In this document: positions 27,047 to 39,673 of the stretch, in pieces
Layout of the letters: the number at the start of each line of letters is the position of its first letter
How positions within the stretch are numbered: position 1 is the stretch's first letter
Source of the DNA: Paraspadella gotoi
Lineage: Eukaryota > Animalia > Chaetognatha
Direction of reading: 5' to 3'
Assembly (NCBI GenBank): GCA_051294375.1
Contig: CM119270.1
Span: 9,673,530 to 9,737,529, forward strand
Length of the DNA stretch: 64,000 bases
Made by a program: the position numbers and the translations under genes
The notes under the pieces: generated by a model
Told to the model about the DNA's origin: nothing
What the model saw: the letters and a program-made list of their open reading frames with translations, nothing else
Database searches by the model: none

Positions 27047-27332
27047 AGTCAATGTGAAGGCGTGTCAATGAGTGGAATTTCGATGTGGCGGTAGTGCCCG
27101 TTTTAAGCGACAGTCAATGTGGAGGCGTGTCAATGTGGGGAATGTCGATGTGGCGATGGTGCCCGTTTTAAGCGACAGTAAATGTGGAGGCGTGTCAATG
27201 TGGGGAATGTTGATGTGGCAGTGGTGCCCGTTTTAAGCGTCAGTAAATGTGGAGGCGTGTCAATGTGGGGAATGTCAATGTGGCGGTGGTGCCCGTTTTA
27301 AGCGACAGTCAATGTGGGGTGGCGTCAATGTC
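27047..27332. repeat. 65-bp minisatellite, about 4.3 copies
   Basis: aatgtggaggcgtgtcaatgtggggaatgtcgatgtggcggtggtgcccgttttaagcgacagt repeats at about 27051, 27115, 27181, 27246 and 27311. Confidence 0.95.
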
Positions 27333-27732
27333 GAGAGTATTGGTGGTGTCCGTTCAGAGCGTGGAGGGGGTGTCCGTGTGGGTGTCGTGTGGCAGCATCA
27401 AGGGTTTGAAAAACGAGGACGTCGTCGCCAGAAGCGACGAAGGTGAGAATCGTGTGCGAAAGTTGAAAGAATCGACGAGTCGCGTATGAAGAAATACGAT
27501 TTTCCAAGGATAGCATTAAAAAAATGGAACAAGAATGAGTTAAGTTATAGATAACTGAGGGTTTAAACTGTTTGACAATTTAGAGTTTTTGAATTTGTTA
27601 GTACACCCCAGAGTACAGAAAATCGGTAAAAAACAACGCACAATTAACTTAGAAAGCTTAAAGCCCTCCTAAAAAAGGAAACCAGACAAATCAAAACAAA
27701 AAGTAAGGTATGGTTTGCACCGGAACCGGAAC

Positions 27733-27823
27733 CTGCGGTTGGGGCCGATTTGTCTTTGTCGAAGGATCCTCCGCCAGCGCTGGCTTTACGCCCAGCACTG
27801 GGGCTTCGCGGGGCGTCGCCGCC
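27733..27823 (-). CDS. Candidate lineage-specific dynein insertion exon A: GGDAPRSPSAGRKASAGGGSFDKDKSAPTA
   Basis: GC-rich island in an AT-rich intron. (CT)n tract then gcgccag acceptor. Open frame, phase 0->1. Alternative phase-1 donors at 27727 and 27721. No homology support. Confidence 0.5.
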
Positions 27824-28428
27824 CTGGCGCCAGGCGAGAGAGAGAGAGNNNNNNNNNNAGAGAGAGAGAGTGTGAAAAAATTGATTTATTCATAAAGAAA
27901 ATGACAAGTACCAGGCATCGTAATAAAAAAAATACGATTAAAATAAAGCATCTATCTTCCTTACAAAATACTAAAAAAAAATAATATAATACGTATATGG
28001 ATGTCAACAAAAAATATTGTAACGATTCGGGGGCTTGAAAATATCTTCCATTGAAAGCGCTTTATAACATGGTGCTAAAGGAGGAAGGATTCCTGAAGTA
28101 TTAGGAATCGCAAGGAATTTTCGGGACTATGATTTTATGAAAAACAAACAAAAACACAAAAAACCTCCATGTATATATGTATGGAACGAGTAGGACAACG
28201 TTCTATCTATATTTTGTTTACGATGAATACGGTATTTCCTTGATCACCTACCGGACTAGATGGTCTAGACAACCTATCTTTCTCCTTATCTTTCTGAAAA
28301 TTTTAAATTTAAAAGAATTAAACCCCCAAAAAAATTAATGATTTACATAGAAGTGAAAGGTTGGAAAGAAGCAAAAAGGAAAAAGATAAAATTAGTAAAA
28401 TTTAGTGCAGATAATAATTATTACTTAC

Positions 28429-28479
28429 CCCTTGACCCTCTTGATTCTTGTCGCCGGCTAAGATTATTGGCTTCATAAG
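28429..28479 (-). CDS. DNAH12: Dynein heavy chain short exon: LMKPIILAGDKNQEGQG
   Basis: ttaccag acceptor and perfect gtaagt donor, 51 nt, phase 0->0. Continues the frame and resembles the segment that follows the EVPNLF helix in DNAH12. Confidence 0.75.
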
Positions 28480-28692
28480 CTGGTAAAGAGCAGAAAACAC
28501 TTTAAATATTTATCATATATCAATGTGAATAGCGTGAATACTACATATACCTTTATTATTTTTACAGTTAAATCATGGTCTTAGTTTTCACACTCGGTAA
28601 ATATTCCAGGAAAGCGAATCTCAGGCCTTTATAATTATAACCTCACGAAGTTCAAGTCGTTCACCCCTTCTCTCTCTCTTTCCCTCTCTCAC

Positions 28693-28854
28693 CTCGTGGA
28701 TCTCAATTCGCTCGTCGGGCGGAAAGAGGTTGGGCACCTCGCCCGAATTGAGGAGATTGTCCACATCCTCCAAGAAAGACTCGTCCTTGATCTGGGAGTC
28801 CGTCACTAAGAAGACCGTCGTCTTCCCGTGACCACCCGCGTTCTTCATGAGAGT
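28693..28854 (-). CDS. DNAH12: Dynein heavy chain exon (AAA4): TLMKNAGGHGKTTVFLVTDSQIKDESFLEDVDNLLNSGEVPNLFPPDERIEIHE
   Basis: ttccag acceptor and gtgag donor, 162 nt, phase 0->0. Contains the conserved FLEDxxxLLNxGEVPNLF motif. Confidence 0.95.
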
Positions 28855-30614
28855 CTGGAAAGCACAAAGGTATCGGGGGATGATGGAGGGATTCTTTGTT
28901 GGTTGGTCTTTTCTCTCTTTGTCTAACTAAACAACTATCACCTAATTTATCAATTGATCCAGCAATGAACTATAAAAGTCTGTTTCGAAGTTAGTTCCAA
29001 ATCTAATTACGTTTTTGCGTTCGTTTGTGCTAATTGTAGCGGATTGAATTAATTAATAAGAAGCATATCTGAAGCGGAAATCCTTAGTAACCCTTCTTTG
29101 AAACGTTGTGAAACATCAACACAGATTCAGAATACAGTAACTACGCTCTACACTTTTTTACGTTTTAAGGATTTCATAATAATTATGAACGAATATAATG
29201 TAGTAGACTTAAAAAACGTTTTTGTAACACAGTGTTGAATTTAATGTCTCCTTAAGGAATGACAACACATTCCAGGTGCAATAGAACCTATTCAATTCAA
29301 ATATCTATCTCTTTGTATCGCTCTATCTCTCTGTCTCTCCTATGTATAATTATATATGTAATTTATTGCAAACAATTTCATTCTAATTATCAGTTATTTT
29401 TTCAGCCTCTATTTAGTAATAAGTACTAATGATACATTATTTTCTCTCACATCATGGCCTGAACCTCGGTCCGCTTTACAAAAAACCGTTTTCAAAAAAT
29501 TTTTAACTCATCATTCAGCTGAGATATAGAGAGAAAGGTTTTTTTTGCAAAAATAAGTTCTTCTTCCACTGGGTTGACCTGAAAAGTTCCAAACTTTGCA
29601 TGTATGTTCTTTTATTTCTCGTCATCAAACCTACGGATTCGTTTAAAGTACTAAAAAAGGATGCATTACTTTTGATAAGCAAATAAAAATATAAGACATG
29701 AACTGATCAAATAATCCCTCCGTGTGATTGTAGAGAAAAGCATAAAATACATCAACAATGCGTCGGTATATTTTTATCATGAAAAGTTATCGAGTTTTAC
29801 TATTTCGTTACAAAAAAGTACGAAATTTTTCGGTTTGTTAGATAAAGGTAAGAAAACTTTATCCGCGCTTAAAAAAAAATCCGAAAGAACGAAGCGGTTT
29901 CTGATAATTTTGGTTCCTAGCAATTTTTGCACCAGTAGCGCAGTAAATATTACAAAACCACGGATGATTTCTGAAACTGCAGTGTTTGGGCTATCCAACG
30001 CCGCCGGAACAAAGAAAATCTATAAAGGCCTTGACTAAAAAATACTGAAAATAAACACAACGCTTGGTCTGAATTCTTTTTAAATTTTTTTTATTTTGCG
30101 GTATTTACTGTATAAGTCAATTAAATATACAGCGGTCATGCACTGATTCCGATTCTGTTGGGTTTAGCCTAACTTTCAAGCACATAACGAAAAAAATAAA
30201 TTGACGACCTAGTAAGAAATAATAGCAATTAATCCAAATTTTTTTCTCAAAATTTGTTGTCATTTTGGTTTCTTACTGTTTTTTCCAAACATGCCCTTTA
30301 AAATTATAAAAATAAAGATTAGGTAATGAAACTACAATGTCTTAGGTACATTTCATTGCCGGAACAAAGAAAATTCATTGATATCATAGTATCAATATGG
30401 AGCCCTGAAATAACTTATTTTCTTTGCAATTTACCCCTTTATTGATAAAAGCCTTGTATTATAATAAAAAATAAAAACAACAATTTTACCATACAGCTAC
30501 ATACATTTGCGTGTTATTAAAAGATTGTTATGCTTTTTTTAATACAAAATTGTTATAATAATATAGCTAATGGGCATTATGCAAAGGTTTTAATTTGCAC
30601 CTGAAGATGACAAA

Positions 30615-31140
30615 AATAAAAAAATCTGATAATATAGCCTTTTAGCCCTATGTCAGTAGTTTTTAAATCAGCCGGAACAAAGTTTGAACTCCTAAATTTT
30701 CATATTTAAATCATATGTTTTTTAAGATTCCTTCATGAATTTTTTAAATTTTTTTGTTTTCAACAAAATGATAATTCATTATCCTTAGTAATTATATAAA
30801 CATTTGAGGTATAGAAAATTTTTGTTTATATCAGAAACATAATTTAATCTTTTCTCTTTCAGAATCTATATTTATTTATTTTTTTAAATACAGCCAAGTG
30901 TGTTTAATTTAATTTCAAAAGTTGTTATACTTTTGACTAAGATTCCGATCCAGATTTTTAAAAAATCCGTGGAAATATTTGAGAAAAATTATATGGAAAA
31001 GATGCCCCATAATTATGGCTTTAATATGATACCAGTCTCATCGTTCTATCATTTTTGGTTCAAAAGATATCATAGAAAATCAATTTTTTTATTACCAATG
31101 AAGTCACTCGGCAAAAGCTAAAAATTTAAGTGGAACCAAA
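30615..31140 (+). repeat. Dispersed copy of the internal region of the 21726-22766 element
   Basis: Near-identical sequence. ORFs 22188 and 30900 give almost the same spurious peptide. Confidence 0.85.
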
Positions 31141-31592
31141 AAGAAAATTTAACGAACGCAGATTTGTTTTAAAAATTGGGCGTGGAAAATGACCATTTTT
31201 TGTACATTATTTTTCAACGCGTGGGTCGATTGATTTGAAATGTTACATCAACAATATTGACATCATTTCCTATCAGTAAATGTAAAAATATTTAAAATAA
31301 CATTATAAACGACCAGATAACTTGTCTATCTACTCCGTCGGTTTCCTTCGTTTTTTTTCAACTTTTTTTACGACGGTAAGTAAGGATAAGACGAACAAAA
31401 TTTGTGGTGCGTAACGTAAAAAAAAAAGCCGTATAAAAACATTCATCAAAAATTCGGGCGATATCTTTTCCTAGCAAAAAATATAGATATGTTGTCGTAA
31501 AGTAAAACTTCCAAGCCAGTCATCTTTTCACATTACCGACGGGCTGGGACGAACGGATCTCCAATCATTGAAAGATTTACATCTGGCACTTC

Positions 31593-31639
<47 letters not shown>

Positions 31640-32029
31640 TCTGCCCAAACTTGCAATTTTTCACGTGACACTCACTGAACCGGCCGGACAGGAATCGGCA
31701 AAAAAAGAAAGAAGAGACAAGAAAAGATGGAACGAAAAAAAAATATTTAAAGATTAATTATAAAATTGTTGGGAAATGGTAGAAACTGTCGAAGGTTCTC
31801 AATCTTGCATCTGGATGACTAATGTAATGTGAAATTCAAACTGAAGAGTGCTCACTACTCAGTTTTACCTGAATAAAAATTCGATTCTATGGTTTGTAAA
31901 TTTCAGAGTTTTAATTTAAATGAATAGAATGTGATTAAAAGCAGGTTTTTTTTCTATGTTTTTAGACTGAGACAAATTTATTCATGAACAGAGTAAGTTC
32001 AAAATGCTAAAAAATATTTTTGAGGGAGA

Positions 32030-32285
32030 TAGAAAGTAAAAAAAAAAGCTAGTATATAGTACTTTTAAAGTATAGAAAGTAAAAGAAAAAGCTAGTATAT
32101 AGTACTTTTAAAGTATAGAAAGTAAAAAAAAAGCTAGTATATAGTACTTTTAAAGTATAGAAAGTAAAAGAAAAAGCTAGTATATAGTACTTTTAAAGTA
32201 TAGAAAGTAAAAGAAAAAGCTAGTATATAGTACTTTTAAAGTATAGAAAGTAAAAGAAAAAGCTAGTATATAGTACTTTTACTCT
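32030..32285. repeat. 43-bp minisatellite x6
   Basis: tagaaagtaaaagaaaaagctagtatatagtacttttaaagta starts at 32030, 32073, 32116, 32158, 32201 and 32244. Confidence 0.95.
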
Positions 32286-33008
32286 ATGGTAAGTCATGAG
32301 CTAAGGAAGAGGCTTCGAATCCGAAATCCCGGGTTGCATTTCAAGGCCGCCAAGAAAAACGCGAGATACAAAGGGGAAGGTGAGGCGAGATAAGCCTGGG
32401 GCGTCGGCTTTTCCAGAGTCTAGAAAAAATGTTAAAAAGCCTCAGGAATAACAAAAAAAGAAAAAAAAATTGGAAAAAAATTATCCGATTTAAAAAAAGT
32501 TAATCTATATCAAATACTTTCTTATAGAACTCTTAAAGAATTCTAATAACTCAGATAAAAATGATAAAATAATTAATTTTACAACTTTTATAATTTAAAA
32601 ACAGACAAATTTAATTAATATAGGGAGAAAAATTTTTTTTTATAAATAATTAATATTCTTTATTATATCTCTTCTATCCTTGAACAGAAGCACTTTGTAA
32701 AGAGGAAATATTTTGAAAACATATTTGAATAGTTTCTTTAATTTCGTTGCGTTTAAATTTAGACGAAAAGTAAATTCAATTATAATTTATTTACAAACAA
32801 CGATTACATGAAAAGATCGGACATGTTTCGGATTTTTTTTACAAGCCTTTATCAGCGCTTTTAAAAAGCCGTTTGAAAATAAATTATTATTTACCTTACT
32901 TTTCGTCTGAAAACATATTTGAAAAGGGGATAATTGGTTGTACGAATTTTATATTAAGTATACGGACAATCAATTATTGTTTAACAAGGATAATTTAAAA
33001 AAGATTTT

Positions 33009-33282
33009 AACAAGTTTGAGCAAACAATGTCGGATCTGCCTACGATAATTAAGTCGCTGTTCCAATCCCAACTTGCATAATTTGGTCAACTTTCATAATT
33101 TAATCAACTTGCATAATTAAATCAACTGGCATAATTTTGTCAATTGACATAATTTGGTCATCTGGCATAATTTGATCAACTGGCATAATTTGGTCAACTG
33201 GCATAATTTTGTCAACTTGCATAATTTGGTCAACTGACATAATTTGCTCAACTGCAAAATTTGGTCAACCGGTATAATTTGG

Positions 33283-33313
<31 letters not shown>

Positions 33314-34384
33314 GAGAGAGATAAAGAGAAACTTTTAAAAATTGACATAAATGTGTCTTTTGGTTTTCTTTTTTAAACTCTTTTCAACTCCTACGATTCC
33401 ATCAAAAACTTATATCCAGCTTAATCTCATAGTTTACTACCCACACACATAATTTCATTTCAATTTATCTATCCAATTTTTAATAAATATAATAATTATG
33501 AGTAAATATAAGTAAAAATTCCTCAAGTAAATATGACTTTTGTTTTTTCCATTTCCATTCGCATGATCATTAGCGGTAGTTAATTAATAAATTAATTAAT
33601 TTGATCCGAAATGTTAGTTTTTAGGTTTTTTCGTCACTTACAACGACAAAAGCAACGATGACAATGATGGCAACGACGACGACAATAACGACTGACTTGA
33701 TTGATTGATTGATTAAATAATTAATTAATTGATAAATAAATTGATTGATTGAATAATTAATTAATATATAAAAAAATGATTTATTTAATAATTAATTGAT
33801 TGATTAATTAATTAACTAAATGAATAATTATCTGATTAATTATTTGATTAATTAATACATCTTTCATTTACATTTAATATAAAATAAAAAAAAGCATAAT
33901 CAATTAGTGAAACAGGTTTTTTGTTTTTTCCATTTGAACTCATTTCCACTTAGACGATTTCATCGAAACTTTAATTCCAGCTTAATCACACACTTTTCTA
34001 CCCATATACAAAATTTCAAATCAATCGTCCCATCCACTCATGAGTAATTGGCGTTCAAATCGTAAATTTTTTTTTTCCATTTAAACTCTTTTCCACTCGC
34101 ACGAATCCTTCAAAACTGCAAATCAAGCTCAAACACACACATCCCTACCCACACACAAAATTTCATTCCAATCCATCCAATCACGAGTAATTGGAGTTTT
34201 TTTTGCTAAAATGGGACGGATGGACAGACAGACGGACGGACATCGTTTTTTTTGCATAATTGATCATAATTTAATGTTCTGATATGATATCAGTGAATGC
34301 CCAACAAGACTTCGGGGGGCGGACCGACGGACCGACAAAGTGAATTATAGAGTCGGGATCTGCTTATAAGCTGATCCGACTAAA
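33009..34384 (-). mobile_element. Family A element (long copy) with internal 18-19-bp tandem repeats
   Basis: Same ends as 14105-14680 in reverse orientation. Internal array caact(t/g)gcataatttggt at 33069-33285. Confidence 0.75.
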
Positions 34385-36016
34385 AAAGAGGACCAAAAAA
34401 AAAAACCAAAGGGAAAAAAAAGGAAGTAAACGAAAAAAGTGATGAAGAAAATAGGAAGGAAAAAGTCGTGACTTGTGAGCCAAAAACCTTAAAGAAAAAG
34501 GAGAAAGAAAGGAAAGGAAGGAAAGAAGAGAGAAGAAAAAGAGATTAATGGAAAAAAAGAAAAAAGTGAGGAAAAAACGAAAAAGAAAAAAGTGGTTATA
34601 AAAAATAGGAAACGATGTGTAGTACATACAAGCATAAGGATCGTCGCAATCGCATAAGACGACAAATTTTGATACTAAAAAAATCAAATTTGAGAAAAGA
34701 AAATTAATTAATAAACAGAAAGAAAAAGAAAAAAACATAAAACAGTAAAATAATTTATTTTCAAGTTTAATTTTTAGCAAGTGCTACGTCTGGAGAGACA
34801 TTATTGAAGGTACTTTTGTTTTACTTTTACCCCGCATAAGCGAGCAGTTTGATCGAATGCGACCTCTCTAAACACTGTCAACATTCCCAGACAAAAGACA
34901 AAGTGAAACTTAAATCAGACTGACGAAGTAAAGACTAAAGTGAAGTAAAATGAAGTAAAGTAAAATAAAATAATAAAGTAAATATATATTTAAAAAAATG
35001 TTATTCTGATTGATATTTAGAATATTTAGAAAGAAGATCCACGAAAATCTCGGATGTAAATTTGGGAATAAATAGCGATAATAAAAGTTTTTAGAGGGAA
35101 AAAATTAATCAGAGAGAGAGAGAGAAAGAGAGAGAAAGCCAAATCGTTTTCAGACGAATCAGCAGCAGCAGCAGAGGCACCCAAAAAAAAGAAGCAGCAG
35201 GAGAAAAGAGAGAAAAAGTAAAAGCCCCTGCAGAGCCAGCTGCAGAGAAAGAAATCAAAAAGCAGCAGCAGATGCAGCAGGAGAAAAGAAAGAAAAAGAA
35301 TAAGCCCCTGCAGAGCCAGCTGCAGACTCGTTTTTTTCCCCTTTCTCTATGAATCAGTGACTAGGGAAAAGAGAGAGGGAGAGAGACATGTAATTAAAAG
35401 AGAAAAGAGAGAGAGAAAGAAAATAAAAATAAAAGAGAGAAAATTTGTTTGTTTTGATAAAACGTAAACAAAACATATTTAATAACTGTCCCGACTCAAT
35501 TTTAAGCACATCGATGATGAGAAGCTGTATATAAATTTTCAGCTTCATACACCCAAATTTAATCATAAAAAAGGCGATCTATAATTTGGAACGCCGACGA
35601 CAACGACGACGACGACGCCGACGACGACGCCACTTATACGCAAAAGTGTAACAATATCAATAACAATAACAACAAAAAACTAAGCTAAAGCCAAAGGGAG
35701 ATTAAAACAAAGTGAATGCAATGAGGGTCAAGGGTAAAAAGATCAAAAGTCAAACTTAGCGGACGAGAAGAAAAGGTCAGCGTGGAGGTCGACCCGACAT
35801 TGACCAGTCCTTGTTTGCGAGAGGTCGGGAAAGAGGTAAGGCGTCAAAGAGAGAAAGTAGAAAAGGACATGAATAAGGAAAGTAAGGGACTAAGGGTAAG
35901 AAAGAGGAAGGTGAGTGACCTCAGAAGGCATGAAGGTATTGAAGGAAGGGAAGTTAAACAGACGAGGAAGGGGAGTGATGTAAAGAAAAGGGAGAAGGTT
36001 TTTTGAAGTATATTCA

Positions 36017-37380
36017 AAAACAAGTTTGTGCAAACAATGTCGGATCTGCCTACGATAATTAAGCGGTAATCAGCTAATCAGATGATAAATCACGATAATT
36101 CTTTCAATTTATGATCCTAACTGATCATAACAGATCTTACCATACCAACCAATGGCTGCGCCAATACATGTAAATCGCTTGCAAAGGATTAAACTGAACT
36201 TACTATGGTAGAAATAATTACAAATAAAGTACAAATATTTTTTTTGTATTATTAATTTTTTTTCAACTTGCATCATATTTTCAACTTGCATCATATTTTT
36301 AACTTGCATCATTTTCTTAACTTGCATAATTTTTTCAACTTGCATCATTTTTTCAATTCATATCATTTTTTCAACTTGCATCATTTTTTAATTTGCATAA
36401 TTTTTCAACTTTCATCATTTTTATAACTTGACACGTATGAACCTTAGATCGATTTAATTAACAGAAAAAACCCATTCGGGAAACAACTTGGAACCATCAG
36501 GGAAGACATTCGTACATGCCCTAGAGATAATTCATTCATGAGATAATCGACTTACAAGTAATATTTTCATATTTCTTTATTTATTTTTTTTATAATCATT
36601 TATTCTTATAATAGTACAAAATTATTCAATATAATTTATTAAATTTAAGTCATATCTACTCCTGTTTGTCTAAGGCTTTTTTGTAATTAAACGAAATAAG
36701 GACAAATGAGAAAAACTAATAAATTTAAATATTTTTACCTTTAAGCAATAATAACGAATAATGTTAAAATTTATTTTATTATTTTTTCTCATTTGTCCTT
36801 ATTAAGTTTAATTACAAAAAAGCTATAAACTATTTAATTTTACTTTTTACAAACAGGAGTAGATATGACTTAAATTTAATAAATTATATTGAATAATTTT
36901 GTACTATTATAAGAATAAATGATTATAAAAAATAAATAAAGAAATATAAAAATATTACTTGTAAGTCGATTATCACGTGAATGCATTATCTTAAAATGAT
37001 TGGTATGGGTTAATCTGAAAGGTCTTGAAAAATGCATCAGGATAAATACATAATTTTACTTATTTGCCTTAAATACAGTTGTACATGAATTTTTTTTAAA
37101 TAAATTTTTTTCAAAAAATTATTTTTTTTTAAATTAAATTTTCTCAAAAACGTGCCTTGGAAAAAAATTTAAAAACCGCTCCAGGGCATGTCCAAAGGAC
37201 TCCCTGATGGTTCCAAGTTGTTTCCCGAATGGTTTTTTTCTGTTAATTAAATCGATCTAAGTTTCATACATGTTGAATAATTTTTTCAACTTGCAGCATT
37301 TTTTCAAATTACATCATTTTTTCACCTTAATTAATTGATTAATTAACTAATTAATTAAAACATTTATGAGTAACTGTAAG
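36017..37380 (-). mobile_element. Family A 3' part with an 18-bp array, interrupted by a foldback element
   Basis: aacaagtttgtgcaaacaatgtcggatctgcctacg end. aacttgcatcattttttc repeats lie on both sides of 36432-37273. Confidence 0.65.
36432..37273. mobile_element. Long foldback/MITE with roughly 290-bp interrupted inverted arms
   Basis: 36436-36525 pairs with 37180-37269, and 36525-36720 pairs with 36780-36990. Confidence 0.8.
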
Positions 37381-37418
37381 CATAAATAATAAAAATTCAA
37401 ATCAACTTGAATTTGGTT

Positions 37419-38480
37419 TTTAGCAGATCCAGACTCTATGATTCACTTTGTCGGTCCATTGGTCCGCCCCCTCAATCTTGTCGGTAAATCATTTTTATCG
37501 TGTCAGAACATCGAATTATGATACATTATTAAAAAAAAACGATGTCCGTCCCACACTGCCTGATTTTCAGGTTAACGCCCTGCTCCTTCCTCTCCCTGCC
37601 AATCTCATACACACAGCCTGATTTTCTTAAAAAACCTCCAGTTAACGCCCTGCTCCTTCCTCTCCCTGCCTATCTCATACCACTTCCTGATTTTCTAAAA
37701 AGACCTCCAGGTTAACGCCCTGCTCCTTCCTCTCCCTGCCTACTCATACACACTGTCTGATTTTCTAAAAAGACCTCCAGGTTAACGCCCTGCTCCTTCC
37801 TCTCCCTGCCTATCTCATACACACTGTCTCATTTTCTAAAAAGACCTCCAGGTTAACGCCCTGCCCTTCCTCTCCCTGCCTATTCATACACATGCCTGCA
37901 TTTTCTAAAAATACCCACCAGGTTAACGCCACTGCTCCTTCCTCTCCCTGCCTATCTCATACACACTTCCTAATTTTCTAAAAAGACCTCCAGTTTAACG
38001 CCCTGCTCCTTCCTCTCCCTGCCTATCTCATGCGTCCCACCTAAGCAAAAAACTCCAATTACTCGTGATTGGATGGTTGGTTTGTGTGATAAAGCTAGAA
38101 ATAAAGTTTGATGGAATAGTGCGAGCGAAAATGATTTTAAATGGAAAAAACATAAGTCGTATTTACTAAAATCTTTTTACTTATTTTAACCAATATTTAC
38201 TCTAATTAATCATAATTGGATGGATAGATTGAGATGAAATTTTGTGTGTGGGAAGGAAAGTGTGTGACGAAGCTAGATATAAAGTTTTAATGGAATTGTG
38301 CTAGTGGAAATGAATCTAAATAGAAAAAAAACATAAGTCACATTTACTTGAATCTTTATTATTTATGCTTACTAATAAATATTTTAATTAATTGATTAAT
38401 GTAAAAAAATGATGCAATTTAAAAAAAAGATTCAATTTAAAAAAAATGATGCTAGTTAAAAAAATGATGCAAGTTAAAAA
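37419..38480 (+). mobile_element. Family A copy carrying an inserted 70-bp tandem array
   Basis: gcagatccagactctatgattcactttgtcggtcc start. The family sequence resumes at 38033. Confidence 0.7.
37555..38032. repeat. 70-bp minisatellite, about 6.6 copies (gttaacgccctgctccttcctctccctgcctatctcatacacac...agacctccag)
   Basis: Unit starts at 37571, 37641, 37711, 37781, 37852, 37922 and about 37994. Confidence 0.95.
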
Positions 38481-38734
38481 AACAATTTTATTGTATATGT
38501 AATAAAAAATAATTAAGACCTTTTTCAAAAAATCTTTGCATAACAATAACATGAATTGAATTTTCTTTATAGTAATATCATTATAAAATCAGAAAATTTC
38601 AAAATAATATTTTTTATAATTTTAAGAACAGTTTCGAATTTGCCAAAAAAAAAAAAATAAGAAACTTTTGTAAAATATGTTTTATAATATTTTTATGTTA
38701 AAGCTGCGAAAAAAAAGTAAAACGTTTCATCATA

Positions 38735-39673
38735 CAGAGTGTCTCAATCGTAGTGTTACTTTACAAATGAATACAGTGGATCATTATAGTTATATAAATG
38801 CATTTACTGTACATGTTGGATCCAAAACTGCTTACAGTTTTATGTCTTTATTTTGAAAATAAAACGATTATGTCAAATTCTATCAGCACTGAAAGCAAAT
38901 GTCGAAAATATCCTTTGTCAATTTTTAAATATTAAAATGTTTCCAACGACCCAAAGGATTTTTTTTCAGCTATTTGGTTGAATAATATTATGTCGCCACG
39001 GTATAGTGATGGTCACCGGCCTTTTCTGAAGGATTTTCACCATAGTTATTCTGAATTTGACAGTATTGAGCATTAATTGAAATATTTCTATGAATATACA
39101 GGTTGTTTGACAGAGCCAATTATGCAATTATATTGTCACTGCATATAAGTGGAAGTCAGCTGGAAAATAGTTTTCGCAGTAAAAAGTATTTTATGTATCT
39201 AACATCCTATGCTGAATCATTGCATACTAAATTTGCAGTGTTTAACAGTTTCCTGAAGATAACCTTAATGAGCTTGCATGAAAACAAATTTTCTTTACAA
39301 TAATTCTTTGTATCTTGACCTCTGAAATAACTCTTATCTTCGTCAATCATTCCCAATTTACAAAAATCTTAGACAAGGACACAATAAACAATGGGTCCTA
39401 CTATAATGTAACATGCACCATCATTTTCTTAACCAAAATCAGGACGACTATATAATTTTTATTTATATCACCTAAATATTTTTATCGATTTTCAAAACGA
39501 AAATCACTCATTTGAACTACGCATTAGGTAATTAAAAATACAAATCAACATAATAGAGATACCAAAAAAAACTGTATGAACTCATCTTTCCGGTGGTTCT
39601 ATCATATTAATAATTCACCATACCAATTTGACACAGCGTTCATTTGTAAAGTGACAGTACGCTTGAGACACTG
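38735..39673. mobile_element. Non-autonomous Tc1/mariner-type element
   Basis: TA|CAG(AG)TGTCTCAAnCGTAnTGTnACTTTACAAATGAA TIRs of about 40 bp with TA on both flanks. No intact transposase. Confidence 0.8.
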
